A stretch of 64,000 nt of DNA, taken from contig CAINMV010000023.1 in assembly GCA_903850915.1 (NCBI GenBank), forward strand, positions 51,769 through 115,768, read 5' to 3'. Of the stretch, positions 11,301-20,578 are shown piece by piece. The notes beneath the pieces are model-generated. The model was not told the origin of the DNA. It ran no database searches and worked only from the letters and a program-made list of their open reading frames with translations. How positions within the stretch are numbered: the stretch's first letter is position 1; every line of letters begins with the position of its first letter. Origin of the DNA: an uncultured Bacteroidota bacterium. Its GTDB lineage: Bacteria > Bacteroidota > Bacteroidia > UKL13-3. Both the position numbers and the translations under genes were made by a program.

Positions 11301-14300
11301 AATGGACCCTTTTTACAAAAACCCTGGCAACAGTGGCGATTTGTTGATACAACTTGGAAATGTATCCGAGGATATTTTACCAGATGGAAGAAAAAGTTTC
11401 GAACATGGATTGCCAAAATCAGCGCAAAAAACACATGTAGATACCACTACTTGGGGTATTGTTTCTAAGCTTTCTCCTATTGTAAATGCTTTCGATAATG
11501 ATGAGACAGCCCGTGAATATCAAGACATCGGTTTAGATGGGTTAAATGATATAGAAGAACGAACCTTTTACGATACCTCTTATGTTGCCAAGGTGAAAGC
11601 TAAATTTGGCCTTAATTCCACTGCCTATTACAATGCCGAGCAAGATCCAAGTGCTGATAACTATAAGTATTATTTAGGTCCAGACCAGGATAATGCCAAT
11701 GCAAACATTATCGATCGTTACCGTTTTATTAACAATGGAGATGGTAATTCTCCTACCAATGCACAATCCAAAGCCAAAACAGGCTATGATAACTCAGCAT
11801 ATACATCTACACCAGATGATGAAGATATCGATCGCGACTTTTTGATGAATACCAACGAAGACTACTTCCAGTATCGCGTTAAGTTAGATCCGAATATGTT
11901 AGTTCCCGGACAGAACTTTGTTACCGACAAGCAGCTGCGTACGGTTGCTGTTAGCAGCGGAACGCAACAAATTTATTGGTATCAATTAAAAATTCCGGTT
12001 CAACAATTTGAGAAAAAATTCGGTAGTATCAACGACTTTAAATCTATTCGATTCATTCGTATGATATTAAAAGGCTTTCAAGATAGTGTGGTATTGCGTT
12101 TAGGCGAATTTCAATTGGTTAGAAGTGAATGGCGCAAGTGTACCCAATCCTTGCGTGACCCTATTCAAAACATCCCAAGCAGTGGTAAAGGTAATACTCG
12201 CTTTGATGTAACTACAGTAAATATTGAAGAAAACAGCAAAAGACAACCTATAAATTATGTTATACCTCCGGGTATAAATCGTCAGCTCGACCCTAGCAAT
12301 CCACAATTTGTGCAGCAAAACGAGCAGTCGCTTTCTATGATTGTTTGCAATATGGAAGATGATGATTTGCGTGGCGCCTTCAGAAATACCCAATACGACT
12401 TCAGAAATTACAAGCATATTCGCATGTTCACACATGCCGAGGAGTTTCAAGGACAAGCATTAAATGACGACGAGCTTTGGGCTTTCATTCGATTGGGCAT
12501 CGATTATACCAATAACTATTACGAGTATAGTTTCCCTCTAAAAGTTACCAGAGCTGGTCAAAATACAGCAGAGCAAGTATGGCCAGATTACAACCACATG
12601 GACTTGGTCATTGAATATCTTGCTGCACTCAAGCAAGAGCGAGAGTTAAACTCAGCCTCACTTACGCAGCCGTATTATTCGAGTTTACATCCGGGCTATA
12701 AAATTGTTGGAACACCCGATATCAGTTCCTTAAAAATAATTTGTATTGGAGTTAGAAACCCAAAAGACGATGGACGAAGCCAATGCGGTGAAGTTTGGTT
12801 TAATGAGCTCCGATTGGAAGAATTCAACAACAATGGGGGTTGGGCAGCAGAGGGAAGAGCCGATATAAAACTTGCTGATTTTGGAAATGTCAGACTCTCT
12901 TCTCATATTCATACCTATGGCTATGGAGCTTTGGATAAAAAACTGAATGAAAGAAGTCGCGATGATGTGAGAGGATATGCGTTTCAGTCGAATTTCGAAT
13001 TAGGTAAATTTTTTCCACTCAAAGCAGGTGTAAATATCCCATTCGCACTTAGCTATAGTGAAGATGTAATTCGCCCGCATTTTAACCCTTTAAACCCGGA
13101 TGTGCCGCTAGAACAAGCTTTGCGCACAGCGGGAGCTTTAAATAAAGAACTTGAAGCACAAATAAGATCAGCTGCCAACGACTACACTAGTCGTTATGGA
13201 TTAAACTTCATTAATATGCGCAAAACGCATATTGGCCCAAAAAGAGCTTTACCATGGAGTATTAGTAATTTTACCTTCTCTTACCAGTATAATAAAATTT
13301 ACAAGCATAATCCTACGGCATCGCGTATAGAGAATAAAAGTTGGAGAGGAATGGTAACCTATACCTATGCCTTGCCTAATGCTACACTAGCTCCATTTAC
13401 AAAACTTAGCAAATCGAAATGGTTAAAACTTATAACCGACTTCAATGTAAATTTACTTCCAAGTACTTTTAATTTCCGATTGGAAACGGATCGTAGGTAT
13501 AACGTATTACAGATGCGTAATACAGATTTTCGCAATAACAATAACGCTATTGTAGAGATTTTACCAACCTACGACAAAGATTTCACCATGAACCGAATCT
13601 ATGATTTGCAGTGGGCACTCACCAAATCTTTAAAGCTGAATTACAATGCAAACAATGGTTCACGAATTGCCGAACCACGTGGAGCCATAATTACCCAAGA
13701 GCAGCGCGATTCTATTCAGAAGAACTTCTTTACAGGTGGGGAAGTACGTAAGTTTAATCAGAATATTGGATTAAACTACCAAGTACCTTTCATGAAGTTT
13801 CCATTAACCGATTGGATAACAACGAACGTCAACTATAATATTAGTTATGATTGGACAGGTGCCGCTTTAGCATTGCTTCGCGACTCGCTAGGAAATCAAA
13901 TTCAGAATTCAAAAAACCTACAGATACAATCTCAATTGAATTTTATTCAGTTCTACAATAAGTCGAAGTTCCTGAAAAAAATAAATGAGCAAAGTGCAAA
14001 AGCTAATTCCAATGTACCAGCGGCACAAGAAGAAGAGGTGATTTCAAAAGGAAAGGGAAAGGGAAAATCGAAAGCTAAAATGACTGCCAAGCAAAAACGC
14101 GAAGAAGAAAAACGTATTGCAGAAGCGAAGAAAAAGAAAAAAGAAGAAGAGTCGAAATATTATCCTGTGGCACTGCGCGTGGTGGTTAAAGCCATTACGG
14201 GCGTAAAAAACGCAAGCTTCAACTACTCTGTAAATCAGGGCAGTGGTGTACCGGGTTTCCTTCCCGCTCCCAACAATTTCGGACAAAACATTTCATTACT

Positions 14301-15597
14301 AGCTCCAGGCTGGGATTTTATTTTTGGGAATCAAATTGACACCAATTACTTATATAATTCCGCACGTAAAAATTGGATCAGCAACCGTTCGGAAATGAAC
14401 AACCCCTATTCTATTACACGAACCACAAAAACGGATGGTCGTATAACCTTTGAGCCTCTTACCGACTTCCGAATTGACATTTCCTTCAATCGCTCACAAG
14501 CATTTAATGAATCAGGTATTTTTAAGTTTGACACTGTTGAGCAGTTTAATGATTATAGAGTTCAAAATCCGCTGCAAGGAGGAACATTTAGTACGAGTTA
14601 CATCATGTTAGGTACCGCATTCCAAAAAGATATTGTAACCAATAGCACCAACACTTCTCCTATCTTCAAACAATTTGAAAACAATAGATATACCATTTCT
14701 CAGCGTTTACAAACCGCGGAAGGAAGAACCACAGGTGTAGATTCAATTACAAACTATCCAAGAGGATATAGTAAGCAGTCACAAGATGTTGTATTATTAG
14801 CCTTCCTTTCCGCATATTCTGGCAAAAATGCAACGACTTTTTCGCTGGATCGTTTCCCTACAATTCCATTGCCTAATTGGCGTTTTAATTATAACGGACT
14901 GTCAAAATTAAAATCGGTGCAGAAGTATTTTAACGGCATTACTCTAACTCACAGTTATTCATGTACGTATAGCACTCAATATAACTCGAGTGTAGTAACC
15001 GGTATTGACTCTGCGCATGATTATATCCCGAATTTAATTATCCGTGGAGTTTCATTAAGTGAGCGACTTGCGCCATTAATTGGTGTTGATATCACCACAA
15101 AGAACAGTATGACCCTTGGTGCTCGATATAACCAAGATAGAACATTGGCAATGCAAATTGCATCCAAATCATTATCGGAAAGCAAAACGCGAGACTTTAC
15201 ATTTAGCTTTGGCTATCGTGCCAATCAAATATATTTACCAATCAAATATCAAGGCAAGCAAATATTCCTAGAAAATGATATGAATATTAAGTTAGATATT
15301 AGTTTTAGAGATAATCTTGTAATTGTTAGACGCATGGATGTTGGTGCTGACCAAGCCGCTAGCGGCAGTAAAATCGTTACGCTTCGACCAAATATTGACT
15401 ATATGATGAATCAGAATTTGAACTTGCAGCTCTTCTTTGAAATGAATATCACCAATCCGCATGTGTCGAATCAATTTCCAACTAACATTTCCAAAGGAGG
15501 AATTAAAATTCGTTACACACTCGACGAGAATTTCTTGAAAAACCAAACACAAAGTGGAGGAAAAAAATCGAAAAAAGGGACAAAACAGATGTTTTAA
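8392..15597 (+). CDS. sprA: T9SS outer-membrane translocon SprA/Sov
   Basis: 2401 aa; FDFDQNIQ, G.EDEIIKKIELGNV, YDANRHYFL, LGNVSEDILPDGRK, GEVWFNELRL motifs. Confidence 0.96.
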   Translation: MNLKRKALSLIVLMTLAFSLKANNIKGIHRITIGIHVDSPAVDSNKIYKTNIKLKSPKNLTTTTELDTLSGGFVSRTRLGSNPIGPPRFLTLDEYLDESRKQGVNDYFKKRSLQDEFVKGGGLLPSLNLPPNPITSWLGGTVDLHPQGSAELIFGINSNKINNPALSPKQRHVTQFDFDQNIQLNLTGNIGDKIKINAINDTKAIFDFDNIFKLDYNGKEDEIIKKIELGNVGLPLNSNLINPGQSLFGVKLALQFGRLNVTTIVTQNKGKSTTTEFTGGAQTTNFDITADNYDANRHYFLGQFFREHYDQWLNRIPLVNSAVQINRVEVWITNRSSTYSEARDVLAFTDLGEGNPFNPTNITSKSYKATDNYNNNLYSKIYNDKNLRNSNNVINQLSSAYTDMVSGVDYQLQTYSKRLTEQEYTLNSKLGYISLNSPLNNGEVLAVAYEYTYNGQVFKVGEFSTELQNDSNSNKVLFVKLLKGFNVRPDLPTWKLMMKNIYSLNAYSVQQKDFKLNIIYKDEATGTEFNFIPAKSEEAVYQIPLIKVLNLDNVNSQQDNVSDGVFDFIEGVTILSSNGRIIFPCLEPFGSYLSTTKKILDPVTLKTYSFQSLYDSTKFAAQQDARHNRFYLRGSYQGSASNEISLNAFNIPKGSVKVTAGGAPLREGVDYSVDYLIGKVKIINLSLLQSGAVIKVVADNNNLFNTQQKSLIGTRLDYKISKDFVVGSTFLKLTERPLTQNVSAGDEPLANTIIGVDGTFKSDSRFITKLIDKIPFIQTKEISSVTLAAEYAKIIPGVPRSLDKTKKGFSYIDDFQGAEAPYDLRTPNAWYTASTPQGNPTEFPTGGSHGLENRFNTARLSWYFVDQFTFFGGTPPSNISNAVLDDPYQRLILQKEVYPDKQLAQTTATNLQSLDIAFNPNRRGAYNFNVDGLNSDGTLKNPKNNWGGIMRKIETNDFEAANIDYISVWVMDPFYKNPGNSGDLLIQLGNVSEDILPDGRKSFEHGLPKSAQKTHVDTTTWGIVSKLSPIVNAFDNDETAREYQDIGLDGLNDIEERTFYDTSYVAKVKAKFGLNSTAYYNAEQDPSADNYKYYLGPDQDNANANIIDRYRFINNGDGNSPTNAQSKAKTGYDNSAYTSTPDDEDIDRDFLMNTNEDYFQYRVKLDPNMLVPGQNFVTDKQLRTVAVSSGTQQIYWYQLKIPVQQFEKKFGSINDFKSIRFIRMILKGFQDSVVLRLGEFQLVRSEWRKCTQSLRDPIQNIPSSGKGNTRFDVTTVNIEENSKRQPINYVIPPGINRQLDPSNPQFVQQNEQSLSMIVCNMEDDDLRGAFRNTQYDFRNYKHIRMFTHAEEFQGQALNDDELWAFIRLGIDYTNNYYEYSFPLKVTRAGQNTAEQVWPDYNHMDLVIEYLAALKQERELNSASLTQPYYSSLHPGYKIVGTPDISSLKIICIGVRNPKDDGRSQCGEVWFNELRLEEFNNNGGWAAEGRADIKLADFGNVRLSSHIHTYGYGALDKKLNERSRDDVRGYAFQSNFELGKFFPLKAGVNIPFALSYSEDVIRPHFNPLNPDVPLEQALRTAGALNKELEAQIRSAANDYTSRYGLNFINMRKTHIGPKRALPWSISNFTFSYQYNKIYKHNPTASRIENKSWRGMVTYTYALPNATLAPFTKLSKSKWLKLITDFNVNLLPSTFNFRLETDRRYNVLQMRNTDFRNNNNAIVEILPTYDKDFTMNRIYDLQWALTKSLKLNYNANNGSRIAEPRGAIITQEQRDSIQKNFFTGGEVRKFNQNIGLNYQVPFMKFPLTDWITTNVNYNISYDWTGAALALLRDSLGNQIQNSKNLQIQSQLNFIQFYNKSKFLKKINEQSAKANSNVPAAQEEEVISKGKGKGKSKAKMTAKQKREEEKRIAEAKKKKKEEESKYYPVALRVVVKAITGVKNASFNYSVNQGSGVPGFLPAPNNFGQNISLLAPGWDFIFGNQIDTNYLYNSARKNWISNRSEMNNPYSITRTTKTDGRITFEPLTDFRIDISFNRSQAFNESGIFKFDTVEQFNDYRVQNPLQGGTFSTSYIMLGTAFQKDIVTNSTNTSPIFKQFENNRYTISQRLQTAEGRTTGVDSITNYPRGYSKQSQDVVLLAFLSAYSGKNATTFSLDRFPTIPLPNWRFNYNGLSKLKSVQKYFNGITLTHSYSCTYSTQYNSSVVTGIDSAHDYIPNLIIRGVSLSERLAPLIGVDITTKNSMTLGARYNQDRTLAMQIASKSLSESKTRDFTFSFGYRANQIYLPIKYQGKQIFLENDMNIKLDISFRDNLVIVRRMDVGADQAASGSKIVTLRPNIDYMMNQNLNLQLFFEMNITNPHVSNQFPTNISKGGIKIRYTLDENFLKNQTQSGGKKSKKGTKQMF

Positions 15598-15630
15598 TTT
15601 CGCAGAATAGATTTATTTTCTAGAAGATAA

Positions 15631-15659
15631 AATGCCTAAAGAAATACCTCTTTGGCATT
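15631..15659. terminator. Hairpin between convergent sprA and nth
   Basis: AATGCC(T)AAAGA-aatacc-TCTTTGGCATT. Confidence 0.5.
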
Positions 15660-15672
15660 ATTATGATCGTTG

Positions 15673-16317
15673 TTACTCTTTAATTATTTTATTGTGCCTG
15701 CACCATTCCTTTAGGCCACATTCAGTGCATTTTGGACCTCGGGCAATACATACATATCTACCGTGAAGAATTAACCAATGGTGCGCCTTTGGAATTAGTT
15801 CTTGAGGAATATATTTATAAAGTTGTCTTTCCACCTCTAGAGGCTTTGTAGCGGTTTGGGTAACAATACCTAGTCGACGAGCCACACGAAAAACATGTGT
15901 ATCGACAGCCATAGTAGGCTGATTATACACAACTGAAAGAATAACATTCGCTGTTTTTCGCCCTACTCCAGGTAATGATATAAGCTCATCCATGGTTTCG
16001 GGTACATTAGAATTAAATTCCGAAACTAACTTCTCTGCCATACCCACTAGATGTTTTGCTTTATTATTCGGATAACTGATACTTTTAATATATTCATAAA
16101 CCTCTGGAACTTCAGCTTCGGCAAGCGCTTGCGGTGATGGAAAGCGTTTAAATAACGTTGGCGTAGTTAAATTCACACGTTTGTCGGTGCATTGTGCTGA
16201 AAGAATTACAGCTACAAGCAGTTGAAACGGATTTTGATAAATCAACTCAGTCTCTGCGATTTTAAAGTTCTCTTGAAACCAATTTACTATGTGCCTTGCG
16301 CGTTCTGACTTATTCAT
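15673..16317 (-). CDS. nth: Endonuclease III
   Basis: LLVAVILSAQCTD, HhH LPGVGRKTANV, VDTHV, C-X6-C-X2-C-X5-C cluster. Start MNKSER at 16317, behind TATTTTTG (16333-16326). Confidence 0.96.
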   Translation of the reverse strand: MNKSERARHIVNWFQENFKIAETELIYQNPFQLLVAVILSAQCTDKRVNLTTPTLFKRFPSPQALAEAEVPEVYEYIKSISYPNNKAKHLVGMAEKLVSEFNSNVPETMDELISLPGVGRKTANVILSVVYNQPTMAVDTHVFRVARRLGIVTQTATKPLEVERQLYKYIPQELIPKAHHWLILHGRYVCIARGPKCTECGLKEWCRHNKIIKE

Positions 16318-16409
16318 ACCTGAGGCAAAAATAATAGTATAATCTGATTCTGGAGCACTGCAAGGCAAACCAAAATCTTTTATTTATTTTCACAAAAAAT
16401 TATTCAATC

Positions 16410-19400
16410 ATGATACGTTTAAAAATTCTACTTGTAATATTCTTTTTTACCACAGCAACAATAGCTCAGAAATCATATTTTAGTGGTGAATTTAGAAGTA
16501 TAGAAAATCCATATTATTGGAAAAATAGAGTTCCTTTTACTGGATATTGGCAACAAGACGTTTCCTATCAAATAAAGGCAACACTATATGATAGTTTGGA
16601 TATGTTGGATGGAGAGCTAACGCTAACCTATTTCAATAATTCACCTGATGATTTGAATGAGGTATTCTTTCACTTATATCAAAACGCCTTCCAACCGGGC
16701 AGCTACTATGATAATCTTCAAAAGAATAATAATATAAAAACCGAATATGGCAAAAACGAAAAAGACAGAAAAGATGAAGTAGTGGAGTCTGTCCTAGTAA
16801 ATGGCGTCATGGTGAATCCTACCTTCGATAATACCATCATGCGTGTTAAACTTCCAAATGTACTTCATCCCAATGGAAATATCGTTTTTAAAATAAAATT
16901 CAAAAGCTACTTCGGTGATGGTGGCAACGTGCGACGTCGGATGAAAATGTTTCGTGACAACTGGGGAAACAAACAATATGATGGGGTTCATTGGTATCCT
17001 CGTATCTGCGTTTATGACCGTAAATTCGGATGGGAAACAGACCAACATCTTGGGCGAGAATTTTATGGCGATTATGGAACCTATGATGCGGAACTCACCT
17101 TGCCATCAAAATATGTGAATGAAGCCACTGGAGAGCTTATCAATGAAAAAGAAGTCTTACCCGATGACCTTCGTGCTAAATTAGATGTAAAAAACTTCGC
17201 GACCAAAAAAGCGGATGTGAAACCTGAATCTATTATGCCAACACAAGGCTGGCGTACCTGGAAATACCATGCTGTTAATGTGCACGATTTTGCATTTACC
17301 TGCGACCCAACCTATCGCATCTCTGAGTCGTCGTGGAATGGAATTCGATGTATTGGCATTGTGCAAGAACCACATGCCGCGGGTTGGCAAAATAGTGGTG
17401 TACTTGTGGCCGACATAATTAAAACATACAGCAACGATATTGGCATGTATGCCTATCCAAAGATGGTAGCTGCAGACGCACGCGATGGCATGGAATATCC
17501 GATGCTTACGCTCGATGGCGGATCTAGCCCTAGTTATACTAATTTGCTCAGCCATGAAATAGGCCACAACTGGTTCTTTGGTATGGTTGGAAATAATGAA
17601 ACGTATCGTGCTTGTCTTGACGAAGGATTTACTCAGTTTTTAACTTCATGGTATATGGTTAAACAAGAGCAACGCAAAGAAGCCTTAGTGAAACAAAATG
17701 AAGGCCTGTCGGTTGTTAAAAAGAAGACCTTGGGTACTCGGTATTTAAATCGCTATTCAACTTCGATTCCACAACGCGAGAGTGTAGCTTATATGGGATA
17801 TTTAATGGATGCAATAAACGATAATGATGAAGTAATTAACCAGCATAGCGATGGATTTAATGGAGCCGTAAATCATGGAGGTGGCTATCGTCACGTATAT
17901 TACAAAACAGCAACCATGCTATGGAATTTGCAATATGTGCTAGGAGATGAATTGTTTCTAGCTACGATGCAAAATTATTTCAATGAATTTAAAATATGTC
18001 ACCCCTATGTAGAAGATTTCCGAAATAGTGTTATTCACTATACGCATGTGGATTTGAATTGGTTTTTCGACCAATGGTTCGAAACCAACAAGCACATTGA
18101 CTATGCCATTAAAAGCATCAAAAATAGCAAAGGCGACAGCTTTGAAATTACCTTTCAGCGCATTGGGCGCATGCAAATGCCTATCGATTTCACGGTAAAA
18201 ACGAACGACGGAAAGAACTTGGATTTCCATATTCCCAACACCTATTTCGTTAAAAAAACTACCGCTACAATATTGCCTTTTTGGAAAGGATGGGATCTTT
18301 TACAACCAACATATACCTGTACTATTTTAGTTCCAGGCGGTATCGATGACATAGAAATTGATCCAACGCATCGTTTGGCTGATATCAACTTTATGAACAA
18401 TACATTACGTTGTCCGGTGAAATTCAACTTTGATCATCAATTGCAAAATCCGAACGACATGTACCATTATATATTAAAATGGCGCCCCGATTTTTGGTGG
18501 AATGGTTTGGATGGCATAAAAGTTGGCGTGCATGCTAATGGTGGTTATATAAATAGATTTCATGTTTGGGATGCTACGCTTTGGTATAATACAGGAATGC
18601 TCCAATCAAATGAAATGCAATTTCCAATCAATTATTCGGTGAACTACCGAAATGCGATTGGAAAAAACCTGGGGTGGAATTTCTCTACACGATATCTGGA
18701 TGGTTTATTTGCCAATAAATTGGGGATATCAAAAACCAACAACGACTATACTTTCTACGCTAATTTCAATACATTGTACCGCACGCAAATCTTCTATTAT
18801 AAAAATGGCAAACAAACAGACTCGCATTTAATATATCCTGAGCTTTGGAGAGAACAAAAATGGAATAACTTTATTAATATCGGAATCAACAAACCATATA
18901 GTTACAGCCATGGTTATGCATCACAGAATTTAAATTTGCGCACAAGTGCTTTAGGTAGTGATTATCTATATGGTAACCTTAGTTATACCCATATTGACAA
19001 TATTGCAATAAAAAAACTAGATTTCAAAGTTCGAGTTTTTGGGCAACTCGGATTTAACACACCAGCACCAGAAAGCGCTCTGATGCTTGCCGGTGCTAAT
19101 AATGAGGAATTAATGGAAAGTAAATTTACGAGAAGTATTGGTTTTGTTCCGAATTCATGGTCTGGATTTGGCTCAGAAATCAATCATTTCCAACAAGGTG
19201 GAGGTTTAAACATACGCGGGTTTGCAGGTTATAAAGCTCCCGTTGGCGACACTACAAATCAACATTTACTATATAAAGGTAATAGCGGGTTAGCCGTAAA
19301 TGCTGAACTAGACCTCGATCGTTTATTGAAATTCGAACCAAAATTTCTACGTAATTGGTTGCATTTAGATTTTTATGGTTTTGCGGATGCAGGTTATATT

Positions 19401-19616
19401 GCAAACAAACCAATAACAGGAAAATGGTTCTTTGCCAATGCTTTGCGCGCCGATGCAGGAGTTGGCACAGCATTAACCATAAAACGTTGGTGGAACTTGA
19501 GCAATATCAAGCCGTTAACCATTCGATTTGATATGCCATTTATTATAAATCCAGCACCCGCTAGCAGCAATAATCTAGAGTTCAGATATGTAGTTGGTTT
19601 TGGAAGATGTTTCTAA
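16410..19616 (+). CDS. M1-family zinc aminopeptidase with C-terminal beta-barrel (Omp85-like motifs)
   Basis: Signal peptide, GMEYP, HEIGH-X18-E, YYKTA; C-terminal ~380 aa of amphipathic strands ending VVGFGRCF. Confidence 0.88.
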   Translation: MIRLKILLVIFFFTTATIAQKSYFSGEFRSIENPYYWKNRVPFTGYWQQDVSYQIKATLYDSLDMLDGELTLTYFNNSPDDLNEVFFHLYQNAFQPGSYYDNLQKNNNIKTEYGKNEKDRKDEVVESVLVNGVMVNPTFDNTIMRVKLPNVLHPNGNIVFKIKFKSYFGDGGNVRRRMKMFRDNWGNKQYDGVHWYPRICVYDRKFGWETDQHLGREFYGDYGTYDAELTLPSKYVNEATGELINEKEVLPDDLRAKLDVKNFATKKADVKPESIMPTQGWRTWKYHAVNVHDFAFTCDPTYRISESSWNGIRCIGIVQEPHAAGWQNSGVLVADIIKTYSNDIGMYAYPKMVAADARDGMEYPMLTLDGGSSPSYTNLLSHEIGHNWFFGMVGNNETYRACLDEGFTQFLTSWYMVKQEQRKEALVKQNEGLSVVKKKTLGTRYLNRYSTSIPQRESVAYMGYLMDAINDNDEVINQHSDGFNGAVNHGGGYRHVYYKTATMLWNLQYVLGDELFLATMQNYFNEFKICHPYVEDFRNSVIHYTHVDLNWFFDQWFETNKHIDYAIKSIKNSKGDSFEITFQRIGRMQMPIDFTVKTNDGKNLDFHIPNTYFVKKTTATILPFWKGWDLLQPTYTCTILVPGGIDDIEIDPTHRLADINFMNNTLRCPVKFNFDHQLQNPNDMYHYILKWRPDFWWNGLDGIKVGVHANGGYINRFHVWDATLWYNTGMLQSNEMQFPINYSVNYRNAIGKNLGWNFSTRYLDGLFANKLGISKTNNDYTFYANFNTLYRTQIFYYKNGKQTDSHLIYPELWREQKWNNFINIGINKPYSYSHGYASQNLNLRTSALGSDYLYGNLSYTHIDNIAIKKLDFKVRVFGQLGFNTPAPESALMLAGANNEELMESKFTRSIGFVPNSWSGFGSEINHFQQGGGLNIRGFAGYKAPVGDTTNQHLLYKGNSGLAVNAELDLDRLLKFEPKFLRNWLHLDFYGFADAGYIANKPITGKWFFANALRADAGVGTALTIKRWWNLSNIKPLTIRFDMPFIINPAPASSNNLEFRYVVGFGRCF

Positions 19617-19663
19617 ACTAATCCTTAGGAATAAAAATTGTTCCTGGTTAATACTATTTCTTT

Positions 19664-20506
19664 TTATTTTTTGTTGATTCTGAAACTCCAACCGAAAACA
19701 ACATTGCGTTGAAGAAATATAAAGTGTTGAGAAGCTTTGTCAGCTTCGTCCATAGTGGTGCGAATATCCGGCATGTTTATATAGCCCCCTTTGAATTCAC
19801 TTTGTATAAAAAAGTGTTTGCCAAAGTTTACCCCTAAACCAATAACAGCACTTACCCCATAGCCTGCCAAATGAAACTCATCATATCTAGGCTTCCCTAA
19901 AAGCGTGGTGTTTGTTCGGGGATATAAAATTCCAACACCTAAGCCTTCGGTAAAACTAACCGCTATATTTAAAGAAGTTAACTTCTTTAAATTATAAATC
20001 TCATCAATTCTTCTAAATTCAGTATTAATGTAATTTAAGCCATCGGTATGCTCAAATTGTAAGAAGTTTGAGGTCAATTTAATGTCTTCATTTTTATAAT
20101 TTTTATTGAAAGTAGAATCTTGCATGTTTATGGTGCCATTAATTTGAACCACTTGATTTGTTTTCATCACATATTTCATGTGGTCTTCGCCCATTGAAAT
20201 ACTATAATGTTCATTAATGTAATACCCAAAACGATTATTGTATTGCGGAATGGTAACTGTTGTTGGATTAAAATACAATGGAATTGAAAAGCGCGACTGG
20301 CGATCCTTAGCAACCACTTTTGACAAAATAAAATCGTAATCAACTCCTTTAAAATGAATGTCGGAGACACTATAAATGCTTCGATTCCAACCCCAATAAA
20401 GATAGAATTTTCCTTTATTTACATTGTTGTTTTTGGGTTTTTCCTTTGCAAAAGCAGCTATATAGCTACAAAAAAAGATGGTGGTAAAAAATAGAAAAGA
20501 TTTCAT
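19664..20506 (-). CDS. Conserved Bacteroidota hypothetical protein, probable outer-membrane beta-barrel
   Basis: Signal peptide; alternating aromatic strands KFYLYWGWNRS, EHTDGLNY, VVFGWSF. Confidence 0.65.
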   Translation of the reverse strand: MKSFLFFTTIFFCSYIAAFAKEKPKNNNVNKGKFYLYWGWNRSIYSVSDIHFKGVDYDFILSKVVAKDRQSRFSIPLYFNPTTVTIPQYNNRFGYYINEHYSISMGEDHMKYVMKTNQVVQINGTINMQDSTFNKNYKNEDIKLTSNFLQFEHTDGLNYINTEFRRIDEIYNLKKLTSLNIAVSFTEGLGVGILYPRTNTTLLGKPRYDEFHLAGYGVSAVIGLGVNFGKHFFIQSEFKGGYINMPDIRTTMDEADKASQHFIFLQRNVVFGWSFRINKK

Positions 20507-20543
20507 AATAGCAAAAAAACGACTGCGAAGATATTCAACTACG

Positions 20544-20574
20544 TTTGTTATTTAAAAAAATATGATTAGGTTTG
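20544..20574 (+). promoter_or_regulatory. Full Bacteroidota promoter TTTG-N19-TAGGTTTG
   Basis: -33 at 20544-20547 and -7 at 20567-20574, ending 4 nt before ATG 20579. Confidence 0.65.
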
Positions 20575-20578
20575 AAAT

